Part shown: positions 43,089-53,252 of the stretch, piece after piece
Layout of the letters: each line of letters starts with the position of its first letter
How positions within the stretch are numbered: the first letter of the stretch is position 1
Assembly (NCBI GenBank): GCA_963786355.1
Contig: CAWAYU010000004.1
Location: 338,293 to 402,292 of the forward strand
DNA: 64,000 bases
DNA from: an uncultured Alphaproteobacteria bacterium
GTDB lineage: Bacteria; Pseudomonadota; Alphaproteobacteria; Rhizobiales; Xanthobacteraceae
Direction: 5' to 3'
Notes under the pieces: model-generated
What the model saw: the letters and a program-made list of their open reading frames with translations, nothing else
What the model was told of the DNA's origin: nothing
The model's database searches: none
Translations under genes and position numbers: made by a program

Positions 43089-45197
43089 GTGACACAGCCC
43101 TTAGCCAAGAAGACCGCCCCCGTCGCGCCGCGCCGTCCGCACACTTTTACGACCCACGGCATCGCCGTGACGGATGACTATGCGTGGCTCAAAGACGAAA
43201 AGTGGCAGGAGGTGCTGCGCGACCCCTCGATCCTCGATGCCGACATCCGCAACTATCTGGAGGCGGAGAACGACTACACCGAAAGCCTGCTCGGCCACAC
43301 CTCACCGCTACAGAAAAAGCTGGTCGCGGAAATGCGCGGGCGGATCAAGGAGGACGATTCCAGCGTGCCGTCGCCGGACGGCCCGTTCGCCTATTACCGC
43401 AAGTTCCGCGAGGGCGGACAGCACGAGATCTTCGCGCGTACGCCGCGTGACGGCGGTGACGAAGCGACCGTGCTCGATGGCGACGCGCTGGCCGCTCATC
43501 ACGACTATTTCAAATTCGGCTCAAGCCGGCATTCGCCCGACCACCGGCTGCACGCCTGGAGCGCTGACACCAAGGGCTCGGAATATTTTTCGATCCGGGT
43601 ACGCGACTGGGAGACGTGCTCCGACCGTGACGATCTCGTTGAGGAAACCGACGGCGGCGTGGTCTGGAGCACAGATGGAAAGAGCTTCTTCTATGTCAAG
43701 CTCGACGACAATCACCGCCCGATGCAGGTCTGGCGTCATCGCCTCGGCACGACGCAGACCGACGACGCGCTGGTTTACGAGGAAGAGGATTCCGGCTGGT
43801 TCACCCATCTGCATGAGAGTTCATCGGGCCGCTTCTGCGTCATCGCCGGCGGCGACCACGAAACATCCGAGCAGCGGTTGATCGATCTGGCGCATCCCGA
43901 AGCACCACCGCGGCTGGTCGCAGCGCGCGAGGAAGGCGTGCAGTATTCCGTCAACGACCGTGGCGATCAACTGTACATCCTCACCAATGCGGAAGGCGCC
44001 ATCGACTTCAAGGTCGCCACCGCGCCCCTCGCCTCGCCGGAGCGCGTCAACTGGCGCGACCTGATTCCTTATCGCGAAGGCGTCTATGTGCTCGACGTCG
44101 AGCTTTATGCCAACCACATGGTGCGGCTGGAACGCGCCAATGCGCTTCCGGCAATCATCATCCGCGACCTCACGACGGGTGAAGAGCATGCCATCGCCTT
44201 CGACGAGGCGGCCTATTCGCTCGACACGATGGGCGGCTATGAATTCGAGACCACCAATCTGCGGTTCTCCTATTCGTCAATGACGACGCCGTCCGAAGTC
44301 TATGACTACGATATGGCTGACCGAACGCGGGTGTTGCGCAAGCGGCAGGAAATTCCGTCCGGCCATAACCCGGCCGACTACGTCACCACCCGCATCATGG
44401 CAACAGCACATGACGGCGCGCAGGTGCCGGTCTCGATCCTGCATCGCAAGGATCTGGCGCGCGACGGAAGCGCGCCGCTGCTGCTCTATGGCTACGGCTC
44501 CTACGGCATGGCGATGCCGGCCTCGTTCTCTGCCAACCGGCTGTCGCTGGTCGACCGCGGTTTTATTTACGCCATCGCGCATATCAGAGGGGGCGCCGAC
44601 AAAGGCTGGGGCTGGTATCTCGACGGCAAGCGCGAGAAGAAGACGAACTCGTTCGATGATTTTGCGGCGGCCGGCCGCGCGTTGATCGAGGCCAAGTATA
44701 CCAGCGCCAAACGCATCGTCGGCCATGGCGGCAGCGCCGGCGGCATGCTGATGGGCGCGGTCGCCAACCGCTCCGGCGAATTGTTCGCCGGCATTGTTGC
44801 CGAAGTGCCGTTCGTCGACGTGCTCAACACCATGCTCGACGACACCTTGCCGCTGACGCCGCCGGAATGGCCGGAATGGGGCAACCCGATCGAGAGCGAA
44901 AGGGATTTTCGCACCATTCTCTCCTACTCACCCTACGACAATATCGCGGCCAAGGACTATCCGGCGATCCTCGCCATGGGCGGCCTGACCGATCCGCGCG
45001 TCACCTATTGGGAGCCGGCGAAATGGATCGCGCGGCTGCGCGCGACCATGACCGGCGGCGGCCCGGTGCTGTTGCGCACCAACATGGGCGCCGGCCACGG
45101 CGGCGCGTCCGGCCGATTCAATCGCCTCGACGAAATCGCGATCGTGTATGCGTTCGCGTTGTGGGCGGTGGGGATGGTGGAACAGGCGGAGGTTTAA
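43089..45197 (+). CDS. ptrB: Oligopeptidase B (S9A)
   Basis: DDYAWL, YGYGSYG, GGSAGG (catalytic Ser), DPRV and AGHGG. Confidence 0.93.
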   Translation: MTQPLAKKTAPVAPRRPHTFTTHGIAVTDDYAWLKDEKWQEVLRDPSILDADIRNYLEAENDYTESLLGHTSPLQKKLVAEMRGRIKEDDSSVPSPDGPFAYYRKFREGGQHEIFARTPRDGGDEATVLDGDALAAHHDYFKFGSSRHSPDHRLHAWSADTKGSEYFSIRVRDWETCSDRDDLVEETDGGVVWSTDGKSFFYVKLDDNHRPMQVWRHRLGTTQTDDALVYEEEDSGWFTHLHESSSGRFCVIAGGDHETSEQRLIDLAHPEAPPRLVAAREEGVQYSVNDRGDQLYILTNAEGAIDFKVATAPLASPERVNWRDLIPYREGVYVLDVELYANHMVRLERANALPAIIIRDLTTGEEHAIAFDEAAYSLDTMGGYEFETTNLRFSYSSMTTPSEVYDYDMADRTRVLRKRQEIPSGHNPADYVTTRIMATAHDGAQVPVSILHRKDLARDGSAPLLLYGYGSYGMAMPASFSANRLSLVDRGFIYAIAHIRGGADKGWGWYLDGKREKKTNSFDDFAAAGRALIEAKYTSAKRIVGHGGSAGGMLMGAVANRSGELFAGIVAEVPFVDVLNTMLDDTLPLTPPEWPEWGNPIESERDFRTILSYSPYDNIAAKDYPAILAMGGLTDPRVTYWEPAKWIARLRATMTGGGPVLLRTNMGAGHGGASGRFNRLDEIAIVYAFALWAVGMVEQAEV

Positions 45198-45250
45198 ATC
45201 TTAGTGTCGTCCCGGCGAAGGCCGGGAAGACAGCGGTGGGTTACGAGAGA

Positions 45251-45970
45251 CTATCTTCCGTTCTTCTTCCGCCACGCCGCGAAGTCCTTTGGCGTCTGTT
45301 CGTCCGTCGCCGGATAGAGACCGAGGATCGAGCGGCCTCGGCCTACTTCCTCGGTGACGAAATCCTCGAACGCGGTCATCTCGACGGCTTCATCGGCGAT
45401 CTCGTCGGCGATGTGCGCGGGAATCACGATCACGCCATCGCTGTCGCCGAGGATGACGTCGCCGGGAAACACCGGCGCGTCGCCGCAGCCGATCGGTACA
45501 TTGATCTCGATCGCCTGATGCAGCGTGAGATTGGTCGGCGCGCTCGGGCGGTGATGGTAAGCGGGAAAGCCGAGCTTTGCGATTTCAGCCGAATCGCGAA
45601 AGCCGCCGTCGGTGATGACGCCGGCGGCGCCACGCTTCATCAATCGCGTGACCAGAATGGCGCCGGCGGATGCCGCGCGGGCGTCCTTGCGGCTGTCCAT
45701 GACCAGCACCGCGCCTTCAGGGCAATCCTCGATCGCCTTGCGCTGCGGGTGCGCGCGGTCGCGAAACACGTCGATCTTGTTGAGGTCCTCGCGCGCCGGC
45801 ATGTAGCGCAGCGTAAAGGCCTCGCCGACCAGTACCGGCTGATCGGGCCCGAGCGGGTGCACGTCCTGGATCATCTGGATGCGAAAACCGCGCTTGAACA
45901 GGGCGGTGGCGACGGTGGCGGTGGAGACGGTTTTGAGTTTGTTGCGGGTGGCGTCGCTCAGTTTTGTCAT
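45251..45970 (-). CDS. RraA / HMG-aldolase family protein
   Basis: GEAFTLRY, TDGGFRD and PGDVILGDSDGV. Confidence 0.85.
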   Translation of the reverse strand: MTKLSDATRNKLKTVSTATVATALFKRGFRIQMIQDVHPLGPDQPVLVGEAFTLRYMPAREDLNKIDVFRDRAHPQRKAIEDCPEGAVLVMDSRKDARAASAGAILVTRLMKRGAAGVITDGGFRDSAEIAKLGFPAYHHRPSAPTNLTLHQAIEINVPIGCGDAPVFPGDVILGDSDGVIVIPAHIADEIADEAVEMTAFEDFVTEEVGRGRSILGLYPATDEQTPKDFAAWRKKNGR

Positions 45971-45991
45971 GGTGTTCATTCCAGGTTGTCA

Positions 45992-46030
45992 GTTATTCCG
46001 GGTGGTCCGAAGGACCAGACCCGGAATGAC
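45992..46030. repeat. Short REP-like hairpin
   Basis: GTTATTCCGGGTGGTCCGAAGGACCAGACCCGGAATGAC. Confidence 0.6.
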
Positions 46031-46040
46031 AGGCTAATCG

Positions 46041-47132
46041 TTAAACCGCGCCGTGGGCTTCCACGTAGAGCGCGTAGACGGAATGGCAGCTCGCCATGTA
46101 AAGGCGGTTGTTCTTCGGACCGCCAAAGGTGAGATTGGCGCAGCGTTCCGGCAAGCGAATGAAAGCGAGCGCCTTGCCGGCGGGGTTGAACACCATCACG
46201 CCGTCGAGATCTTCGGACTTGCCCTTGAGCTGGAACACCTTCCGGCCGCCGACGTCCGACGGTTCGGCCTGCAGCGCGCCGTTGCTGCCCCAGCCGCACC
46301 ACAGATTGCCGTCGCGGTCGACCCGGAAACCGTCGATCGAGCCTTGATCGGCGGCGTCGATAACCTTGGTCTTGCCGGTCAATGCGCCGTCGGCGCCGAC
46401 GTCGTAGCTCCAGATGCTGCGGTTGGGCGTGCCCTTCCACTCGACGATGTAGAGCTTCTTCTCGTCCGGCGAGAACGCCAGCCCGTTGGGATTGACGAGA
46501 TCGGTGAGCACGGCCGTGATCTTGCCGTCCTTGGCGATGCGGTAGACATTGGTGGTGGCCTGTTCGGGCTTTTCCTTCTTGCCTTCCCACTCGCCGTTGA
46601 TGCCGAAAATCGGATCGGTGAACCAGATCGAATCGTCCGACTTGACCACGATGTCGTTCGGCGCATTCAGCCGCTTGCCCTCGAACTTGTCGGCCAGCAC
46701 CGTGATCTTGCCGTCCTTCTCGGTGCGGGTGATGCGGCGGGTGACCGAATGCTCGCAGGTGACGAGCCGGCCCTGGCGGTCGCGCGCATTGCCGTTGGCA
46801 TAATTGGCATTGGCGCGGAACACGGAGGTCTGGTTGGTTTTCTCGTCGAACTTCATGATCCGGTTGTTGGGAATGTCGGAGAACAGCAGATAGCCGCCCT
46901 CCGGGAAGTACGCCGGGCCCTCGGCCCAGCGCATGCCGGTCGAGACCTGTTCGACCGTCGAGGAGTAGAGCCGGTATTTTGCAAAGCTGGGATCGAGGAT
47001 CTGCACCGCCGGATCGGGATAGCGCTGGTTCGGCGTGAACGGAAACGATTGCGCGAAGGCTGCGCGGGAAAGCAGCGTCGAGGCGGCGACCGCACCGGCC
47101 CCTGCGAGCATATTACGTCGGGTAATGGTCAT
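46041..47132 (-). CDS. SMP-30/gluconolactonase, Tat-exported
   Basis: TRRNML signal, WAEGP, FSDIPN, NAPND, PNGLAFSPD and DGFRVD. Confidence 0.9.
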   Translation of the reverse strand: MTITRRNMLAGAGAVAASTLLSRAAFAQSFPFTPNQRYPDPAVQILDPSFAKYRLYSSTVEQVSTGMRWAEGPAYFPEGGYLLFSDIPNNRIMKFDEKTNQTSVFRANANYANGNARDRQGRLVTCEHSVTRRITRTEKDGKITVLADKFEGKRLNAPNDIVVKSDDSIWFTDPIFGINGEWEGKKEKPEQATTNVYRIAKDGKITAVLTDLVNPNGLAFSPDEKKLYIVEWKGTPNRSIWSYDVGADGALTGKTKVIDAADQGSIDGFRVDRDGNLWCGWGSNGALQAEPSDVGGRKVFQLKGKSEDLDGVMVFNPAGKALAFIRLPERCANLTFGGPKNNRLYMASCHSVYALYVEAHGAV

Positions 47133-47177
47133 GGTGGTCCTCCCTGTGATGCTTTTTTGATTTGACGTCAGTGTCTC

Positions 47178-47265
47178 TTCGTCATTGCGAGGAGCGAAGC
47201 GACGAAGCAATCCAGTCTTCGTTTTCGTGAACACTGGATTGCTTCGCTTCGCTCGCAATGACGAA
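47178..47265. repeat. REP-like palindrome, GTCATTGCGAG family (canonical)
   Basis: TTCGTCATTGCGAG...GAAGCAATCCAGT...ACTGGATTGCTTC...CTCGCAATGACGAA. Confidence 0.9.
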
Positions 47266-49005
47266 TCAATAAATCGAAGGCTCATCCACCGGCGCACCGA
47301 ATCCGGTTTCGAGGAAATCGAAATCGCAGCCTTCATTGGCCTGCTTGATGTGTTTGGTGAACATCCAGCCATAGCCGCGCTCATAACGCCGCTCCGGCGC
47401 CTTCCATTCGGCGCGGCGTTTTGCCAGTTCCGCCTCGGGCACATCGAGGTTGATGGTGCGGGCGTTGACGTCGAGCGTGATCTTGTCGCCGTTGCGCACC
47501 AATGCCAGCGGCCCGCCGATATAGGCTTCCGGCGAGACGTGCAGGATGCAGGCGCCGTAGCTGGTGCCGCTCATGCGCGCGTCCGACAGCCGAACCATGT
47601 CGCGCACGCCCTGCTTCACCAGCTTGGTCGGGATCGGCAGCATGCCCCACTCCGGCATGCCGGGGCCGCCCTGCGGCCCGGCGTTGCGCAGGATCAGCAC
47701 ATGATCGGCCGTGACGTCGAGATTGGGATCGTCGATCGCCTTCTTCATCGAGGGATAATCGTCGAACACCAGCGCCGGGCCGGTGTGCTTGAGAAAGCGC
47801 GGCTCGCAGGCGCTGGGCTTGATCACGCAGCCGTCGGGCGCGAGGTTGCCCTTGAGCACGGCGAGCGCGCCCTCGGCATAGATCGGATCCTTGACCGTGC
47901 GGATGACGTCGTCGTTGTAGACTTCCGCGCGCGCGATGTTGTCGCCAAGCGTCTGGCCGGTCACGGTCATGACGTCGAGATGCAGATGATCCTTGATGCG
48001 GCTCATCAGGCCGGGCAGGCCACCGGCGTAGAAAAAGTCTTCCATCAGATATTTGTCGCCGCTCGGGCGAACATTCGCGATCACGGGCACCTTGCGGCTG
48101 GCGATCTCGAAATCGTCGAGCCCGATGTCCTGCCCGGCGCGGCGGGCCTGCGCGATCAGATGGATGATGGCGTTGGTCGAGCAGCCCATCGCCATCGCCA
48201 CCGTGATCGCGTTCTCGAAGGCTTTTCGGGTCTGGATCTTGTCCGGCGTCAGATCCTCCCACACCATCTCGACAATGCGGCGGCCGCATTCCGAGGCCAT
48301 GCGAATGTGGCCGGCGTCCGCCGCCGGGATCGACGACGCGCCCGGAAGGGTCATGCCGATCGATTCGGCGATCGCGGTCATGGTCGAGGCGGTGCCCATG
48401 GTCATGCAGGTGCCGTAGCTGCGGGCGATGCCGGCTTCGACATCGACCCAGTCCTTGTCGGAGATTTTCCCCGCGCGCCGCTCGTCCCAGAATTTCCAGG
48501 CGTCCGAACCCGAGCCCAGCGTCTTGCCTTTCCAGTTGCCGCGCAGCATCGGCCCGGCCGGGAGATAGATCGCGGGCAGCCCCATGCTGGTGGCGCCAAG
48601 CAGCAGACCGGGCGTGGTCTTGTCGCAGCCGCCCATCAGCACGACGCCATCGACGGGATGGCCGCGCAGCAATTCCTCGGCGTCCATCGCCAGCATGTTG
48701 CGGTAGAGCATGGTGGTCGGCTTCAAAAACGATTCCGACAGCGACAGCGCCGGCAATTCCATCGGAAAACCGCCCGCCATCAGGATGCCGCGCTTGACGT
48801 CATCGACGCGGGACTTGAAGTGCATGTGGCAGGGTTGCGCGTCCGACCAGGTGTTGAGGATCGCGATGACCGGCCGGTCCTTCCATTCCTCCGGCGCGTA
48901 ACCCATCTGCATCGCGCGCGAGCGATGACCGAAGGCGCGGAGATCGTCGGGCGCGAACCAGCGCGCGCTGCGGAGGTCGGCCGGCTTCTTCTTGTTGGCG
49001 GTCAT
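47266..49005 (-). CDS. araD: IlvD/Edd family sugar-acid dehydratase (L-arabinonate dehydratase-like)
   Basis: PCHMH, GCDKT, TCMTMGTA, GCSTNA, GMPEWG and SDARMSGT. Substrate is not determinable from sequence. Confidence 0.8.
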   Translation of the reverse strand: MTANKKKPADLRSARWFAPDDLRAFGHRSRAMQMGYAPEEWKDRPVIAILNTWSDAQPCHMHFKSRVDDVKRGILMAGGFPMELPALSLSESFLKPTTMLYRNMLAMDAEELLRGHPVDGVVLMGGCDKTTPGLLLGATSMGLPAIYLPAGPMLRGNWKGKTLGSGSDAWKFWDERRAGKISDKDWVDVEAGIARSYGTCMTMGTASTMTAIAESIGMTLPGASSIPAADAGHIRMASECGRRIVEMVWEDLTPDKIQTRKAFENAITVAMAMGCSTNAIIHLIAQARRAGQDIGLDDFEIASRKVPVIANVRPSGDKYLMEDFFYAGGLPGLMSRIKDHLHLDVMTVTGQTLGDNIARAEVYNDDVIRTVKDPIYAEGALAVLKGNLAPDGCVIKPSACEPRFLKHTGPALVFDDYPSMKKAIDDPNLDVTADHVLILRNAGPQGGPGMPEWGMLPIPTKLVKQGVRDMVRLSDARMSGTSYGACILHVSPEAYIGGPLALVRNGDKITLDVNARTINLDVPEAELAKRRAEWKAPERRYERGYGWMFTKHIKQANEGCDFDFLETGFGAPVDEPSIY

Positions 49006-49865
49006 GACTGGGTGCCCCACTTCTGGACGGTATTGCGCTCGATGGTGCGGAAGATCAGGTTTTCGACGATGAGACCGATGATGATCACGGTCAGCAGACC
49101 GGCGAACACGGCGGGAATGTCGAGCAAGTTGCGGTTCTCGAAGATGAACCAGCCGAGACCGCCCTGCCCTGACGACACGCCGAACACGAGTTCAGCGGCT
49201 ATCAGCGTTCGCCACGCGAACGCCCAGCCGATTTTCAAGCCGGTCAGGATCGAGCCGAACGCGGCCGGGATCAGAATGCGCGCGACGTAGGGCAAGCCTC
49301 GCAGGCCGTAGTTACGGCCGACCATGCGCAGCGTGTTCGAGACGCTCTTGAAACCGGAATGGGTGTTGAGCGCGACCGGCCACAACACCGAATGGATCAG
49401 CACGAACACCAGACTGCCATTGCCAAGCCCGAACCAGATCAACGCCAGCGGCAGCAAAGCGATCGCCGGCAGCGGATTGAACATCGCAGTGATGGTTTCG
49501 AGAAAGTCCGTGCCGATGCGGGTCGAGATCGCCAGAATGGTGAAGACCGCCGCGAGTACGATGCCGGCACTGTAGCCCATGAACAGGACCTTCAGCGAAG
49601 CCCAGGCGCGCAAGGGAATGGTGCCGTCCTTGACCTTCTCGAACATCGTGATGATGGTGTCGTGAAAGGTCGGAAACAGCAGCGGATTGTCGAGAAAGGT
49701 GCCGTAGGCCTCCCAGGCGGTCGCGAGAAAGATGATGATCACGGTTTTGCGGACAAAGCCGTCGTTCCACAACAATTCCAGTACCGTCAGCTTGCGCTCG
49801 ACCTCCGCCGGAACGGCAGCCGCTGCGGCCGAGGTATCGCGTAGCAGGATTCTCGCTTCAGCCAT
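49002..49865 (-). CDS. NitT/TauT ABC permease
   Basis: NPLPAIALLPL and AWRTLIAAEL. Confidence 0.9.
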   Translation of the reverse strand: MAEARILLRDTSAAAAAVPAEVERKLTVLELLWNDGFVRKTVIIIFLATAWEAYGTFLDNPLLFPTFHDTIITMFEKVKDGTIPLRAWASLKVLFMGYSAGIVLAAVFTILAISTRIGTDFLETITAMFNPLPAIALLPLALIWFGLGNGSLVFVLIHSVLWPVALNTHSGFKSVSNTLRMVGRNYGLRGLPYVARILIPAAFGSILTGLKIGWAFAWRTLIAAELVFGVSSGQGGLGWFIFENRNLLDIPAVFAGLLTVIIIGLIVENLIFRTIERNTVQKWGTQS

Positions 49866-49876
49866 CGCGCGCTCCC

Positions 49877-50641
49877 TCAGTGTGCAGTTGCAGAATCAGC
49901 GAACAGCAGGTCGTGGATCTGCTTCTCCAGCCGGGCGGCGCTGCCGTCCTCGCCGGAGACCTTGTCGACGTCGACGACTTCGGCCTTGACGCGGCCTGGA
50001 TGCGGCGACAGCAGCAGGATGCGGTTGCCGATCTTGATTGCTTCGGCGATCGAATGGGTCACGAACAGCACGGTGAACTTGGTTTCCGCCCAGAGTTGCA
50101 ACAACTCGTCCTGGCAGGTGCGGCGCGTCAGCGCATCCAGTGCCGCGAACGGCTCGTCCATCAGCAAAATATCCGGCTCCATCGCCATGCCGCGCGCGAT
50201 CGCGACGCGCTGCTTCATGCCGCCCGACAGCGTGTGCGGATAGGCATCGACCACGCGGGTCAGGCTGACCTTCTCGATATAGGCGCGCGCGCGAGCTTCG
50301 GCTTCCTTGCGCGGCAGCCGGCGCGTCATCAAGAGCGGAAACATGACGTTTTCCAGCACCGTCTTCCACGGCAGCAGTTGATCGAATTCCTGAAAGATCA
50401 TCATCCGGTCGGCACCGGGCTCGGATATCTCGCGGCCCGAGATCCGCATCTTGCCTTCGCTCGGCTTCATGTAGCCGCCGACCGCCTTCAACAAGGTCGA
50501 CTTGCCGCAACCGGAGGGGCCGAGCAGCACGAAACGATCGGAGCGATCGACCGTGAAGCTGACCCGTTCGGTCGCGGTCACGACCGCGCTCGAAGTCTTG
50601 TAGCGCAGCGTTACGTCACTGACATCGAGAAGCGCGGTCAT
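49877..50641 (-). CDS. NitT/TauT ABC ATP-binding protein
   Basis: GPSGCGKS, LSGGMKQR and MDEPFAALD. Confidence 0.92.
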   Translation of the reverse strand: MTALLDVSDVTLRYKTSSAVVTATERVSFTVDRSDRFVLLGPSGCGKSTLLKAVGGYMKPSEGKMRISGREISEPGADRMMIFQEFDQLLPWKTVLENVMFPLLMTRRLPRKEAEARARAYIEKVSLTRVVDAYPHTLSGGMKQRVAIARGMAMEPDILLMDEPFAALDALTRRTCQDELLQLWAETKFTVLFVTHSIAEAIKIGNRILLLSPHPGRVKAEVVDVDKVSGEDGSAARLEKQIHDLLFADSATAH

Positions 50642-50646
50642 GTCGC

Positions 50647-51666
50647 TCAGTTGCCTTTCAGATCGTACGCGACCGGCAGGTAATAGTCGGTCCAGGCTTT
50701 CGGCATTGTCTTCAGCGTGCCGGTCTTGAACAGGTGCGCGGCAAATTTCATGGTGCCCTGCGGTTGCAGGTTCCACTCCATCATGCCCGGCTCCTTCAGC
50801 CATGCCAGCAGATCCTCGACACTGGTCTTGTCGCCGGTGACTTCCTTGTAGATTTCCACGGCGGTTTTGGTGTCGCTGCGGATGAAATCCTGCGCCTCCT
50901 TGGTGGCGTCGAACACCGCCTGGATGATTTTCGGATTGGCGTCGGCGAACTTGGTCATGGTGAAGAACTGCGCCTGGCTCAGCGGTCCGCCCATGACGTC
51001 GGGCGACGACAGCACCACATGCGCGCCGGGCACGTTCTTCAGTTCAAGGAAGGTGAAGGGCGGGATCGAAAAATGGTTGCGCACCTCATGCTGGGCATTG
51101 GTCAGCGCCACATAGGCGTCGGGATGGCCGAGCTGCACGGTGTTGGCATCGAGTTTTGACCACTGGTCGGCGCCGAACGCCTCGCTGGCCGCGATCTGCA
51201 ACACGATCGCCTGTGTCGAGACTTTTACGGTCGGCACCGCGATCTTGTCGTTGGGGCCGAAATCCTTGATGGATTTGATGTTGGCGTCGCGGCTGATCAG
51301 CGTCATCGGCTGCGCCGAGGTGGCGACGATGCCCTTGACGCCGCCACGGGTGCGATCCCACAGCAGCAGAAGATTACCTGTGCCGGTGTTGAGGATGTCG
51401 ACGCCGCCGGCCAAGAGCGCGTCGGTCTGCGCGCCGCCGCCGCTCAGGTTGATCCACTTGGTGGTGACACCGGGCACGCCGAGCGCAGCCGCGTGCTTCT
51501 CGATCAGCTTGTTCTTTTCCATGATGTGCGAGGGCATGTAGAAAATGCCCGGCTGCCGTGACAGCGAGATCTCGCTCTTGGCCTGCGCCCAAACCGGTGA
51601 AGCCGGCAGCACCAGGCCGAGCGCCGCAGCGGCGATCGCGCCAGCACGCCATAGGGTGTTTTTCAT
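50647..51666 (-). CDS. NitT/TauT ABC substrate-binding protein
   Basis: Signal peptide, DALLAGGVD and IKSIKDF...KIAVP. Confidence 0.88.
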   Translation of the reverse strand: MKNTLWRAGAIAAAALGLVLPASPVWAQAKSEISLSRQPGIFYMPSHIMEKNKLIEKHAAALGVPGVTTKWINLSGGGAQTDALLAGGVDILNTGTGNLLLLWDRTRGGVKGIVATSAQPMTLISRDANIKSIKDFGPNDKIAVPTVKVSTQAIVLQIAASEAFGADQWSKLDANTVQLGHPDAYVALTNAQHEVRNHFSIPPFTFLELKNVPGAHVVLSSPDVMGGPLSQAQFFTMTKFADANPKIIQAVFDATKEAQDFIRSDTKTAVEIYKEVTGDKTSVEDLLAWLKEPGMMEWNLQPQGTMKFAAHLFKTGTLKTMPKAWTDYYLPVAYDLKGN

Positions 51667-51707
51667 TGTGCATCTCCTCCGGCGGTCTCGTTGACGCCCT
51701 TCCGGAG

Positions 51708-51729
51708 ATGCACTAATGTATTAGTGTAT
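51708..51729. promoter_or_regulatory. Putative GntR operator
   Basis: ATGCACTAAT-GT-ATTAGTGTAT (9/10 inverted repeat) between the divergent SBP and gntR genes. Confidence 0.65.
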
Positions 51730-51763
51730 CTGAAGCAAGCACCTTCTGAAACGGCCGGTTCGA

Positions 51764-52486
51764 TTGATGACCCCACCGAACATCGCTCCCCGCCGCGCGG
51801 TTCCGCGTTCCGCCGACCGGCTTGACCGCGACCGCCAGGCGGCCCCGCAGGTGTTCGAACGCCTGCGCGGCATGATCATCTCGCTGGACCTGCCGCCGGG
51901 ATCGGCCCTCTCGCGCGCCGCGCTGGCCGGACAGTTCGGGGTCAGCTCGACGCCGATCCGCGACGCGCTGATGCGGCTGGAAGAGGAAGGCCTGGTCGAG
52001 GTGTTCCCGCAATATGCGACCGTGGTCAGCCGGGTCGACGTCCGGCTGGCGCAGCAAGCGCATTTCCTGCGGCAGGCGGTCGAGCTCGAAATCGTGCGCG
52101 GGCTTGCGATCCATCATGACGATGCATTCGTCACCGAACTCAACGCGACCATCGCGCGCCAGCAGCAATTCGCCAAGGCCGGCGACTTCGAAAAATTCAT
52201 GGCCGCCGACAACGAATTCCATGCGCAGCTTTATACGGCGACCGACAAGCAGGACCTCTGGTCGCTGGTGCGCAGCCGCAGCGGGCATATCGACCGCTTG
52301 CGGCGAATGCACCTGCCCTCTCCCGGCAAGGCACAGGACATCGTGCGGCACCACAGGCTGATCGCAAAAGCCATCAGCGCCGGCGAACCCGACGAGGCGC
52401 AGCAGCATCTGCGCACCCATCTATCGGGCACGCTCAGCGAACTCGCCCAGATCAGAGCGCGTTATCCGGAATACCTGAGCAACTGA
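51764..52486 (+). CDS. GntR/FCD regulator
   Basis: FGVSSTPIRDALMRLEEEGLV and DNEFH. Confidence 0.92.
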   Translation: MMTPPNIAPRRAVPRSADRLDRDRQAAPQVFERLRGMIISLDLPPGSALSRAALAGQFGVSSTPIRDALMRLEEEGLVEVFPQYATVVSRVDVRLAQQAHFLRQAVELEIVRGLAIHHDDAFVTELNATIARQQQFAKAGDFEKFMAADNEFHAQLYTATDKQDLWSLVRSRSGHIDRLRRMHLPSPGKAQDIVRHHRLIAKAISAGEPDEAQQHLRTHLSGTLSELAQIRARYPEYLSN

Positions 52487-52696
52487 TCCGCGCGCGTCGC
52501 ACCCCCTGACGAATCAGATCCGGTCGATGCGCGGCCGGCGGCTGTCTGCCCGGCAACATGCGGATGAGGGATTTTTGTGACAAGCTTTTGACGAATTGTA
52601 TGGAACATCCATGCAAGGGAAGCGGTTGCGGGAGTAGGCGATTTCGGCAAAACTTACAACCGCTGGCGGTCCCAGCGGGACCCGGAGAACCTGACT

Positions 52697-53122
52697 TTGG
52701 CACGAATCCTGGTGGTCGATGACGACGTCGCGGTTCAGGGAACCGTCCGCCTGTTGCTGGAGCGTGCCGGCCACAGCGTGGTCACCGCCGGCGACGGCCG
52801 CAAGGGACTTAGCTTGTGCGAGACCGGTGATTTCGATCTGCTGTTTCTCGACATCTTCATGCCGGGAATGGATGGATTTGAAACCATGCGGATGGTTCGT
52901 CAGCGCCATCCGCTGATCCCGATCATCGTCATCTCTGGCCGGCCGATTTCGACGGAGCCGGGCGTCGCCCCTGACTTCCTGACCATGGCGACCAAACTCG
53001 GCGCGATCTCCAGCCTGCAAAAGCCGTTCAAGCCCGCCGAGCTGCTGGCAGCCGTCGCAAATTGTCTGGAAGCCGCCGGACGCGCCTCGCAGCCAACCGA
53101 CGGTGTTGCTTCCTGCCCGTAA
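52697..53122 (+). CDS. Single-domain response regulator
   Basis: ILVVDDD, LDIFMPGMDG and QKPF. Confidence 0.88.
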   Translation: MARILVVDDDVAVQGTVRLLLERAGHSVVTAGDGRKGLSLCETGDFDLLFLDIFMPGMDGFETMRMVRQRHPLIPIIVISGRPISTEPGVAPDFLTMATKLGAISSLQKPFKPAELLAAVANCLEAAGRASQPTDGVASCP

Positions 53123-53143
53123 TGCCCTCTGGATTTTTGATTG

Positions 53144-53195
53144 GACGCGTTTTCTTGACGCGAACCGGTTTCCACTTCGCTGGAAAACGCTCTAG
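53144..53195. repeat. REP-like element (AAAACGCG / ACCGGTT family)
   Basis: GACGCGTTTTCTTGACGCGAACCGGTTTCCACTTCGCTGGAAAACGCTCTAG. Confidence 0.7.
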
Positions 53196-53252
53196 CATCG
53201 GATTTGCCCGGCAACTCGACCGGGGTCCGCGGGAGGGCGTGCGACAGCAACA

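Noticed and set aside
52576-52591. TGTGA half-site upstream of the response regulator
   Set aside because: The second half does not match TCACA, so it was not counted as a CRP box.
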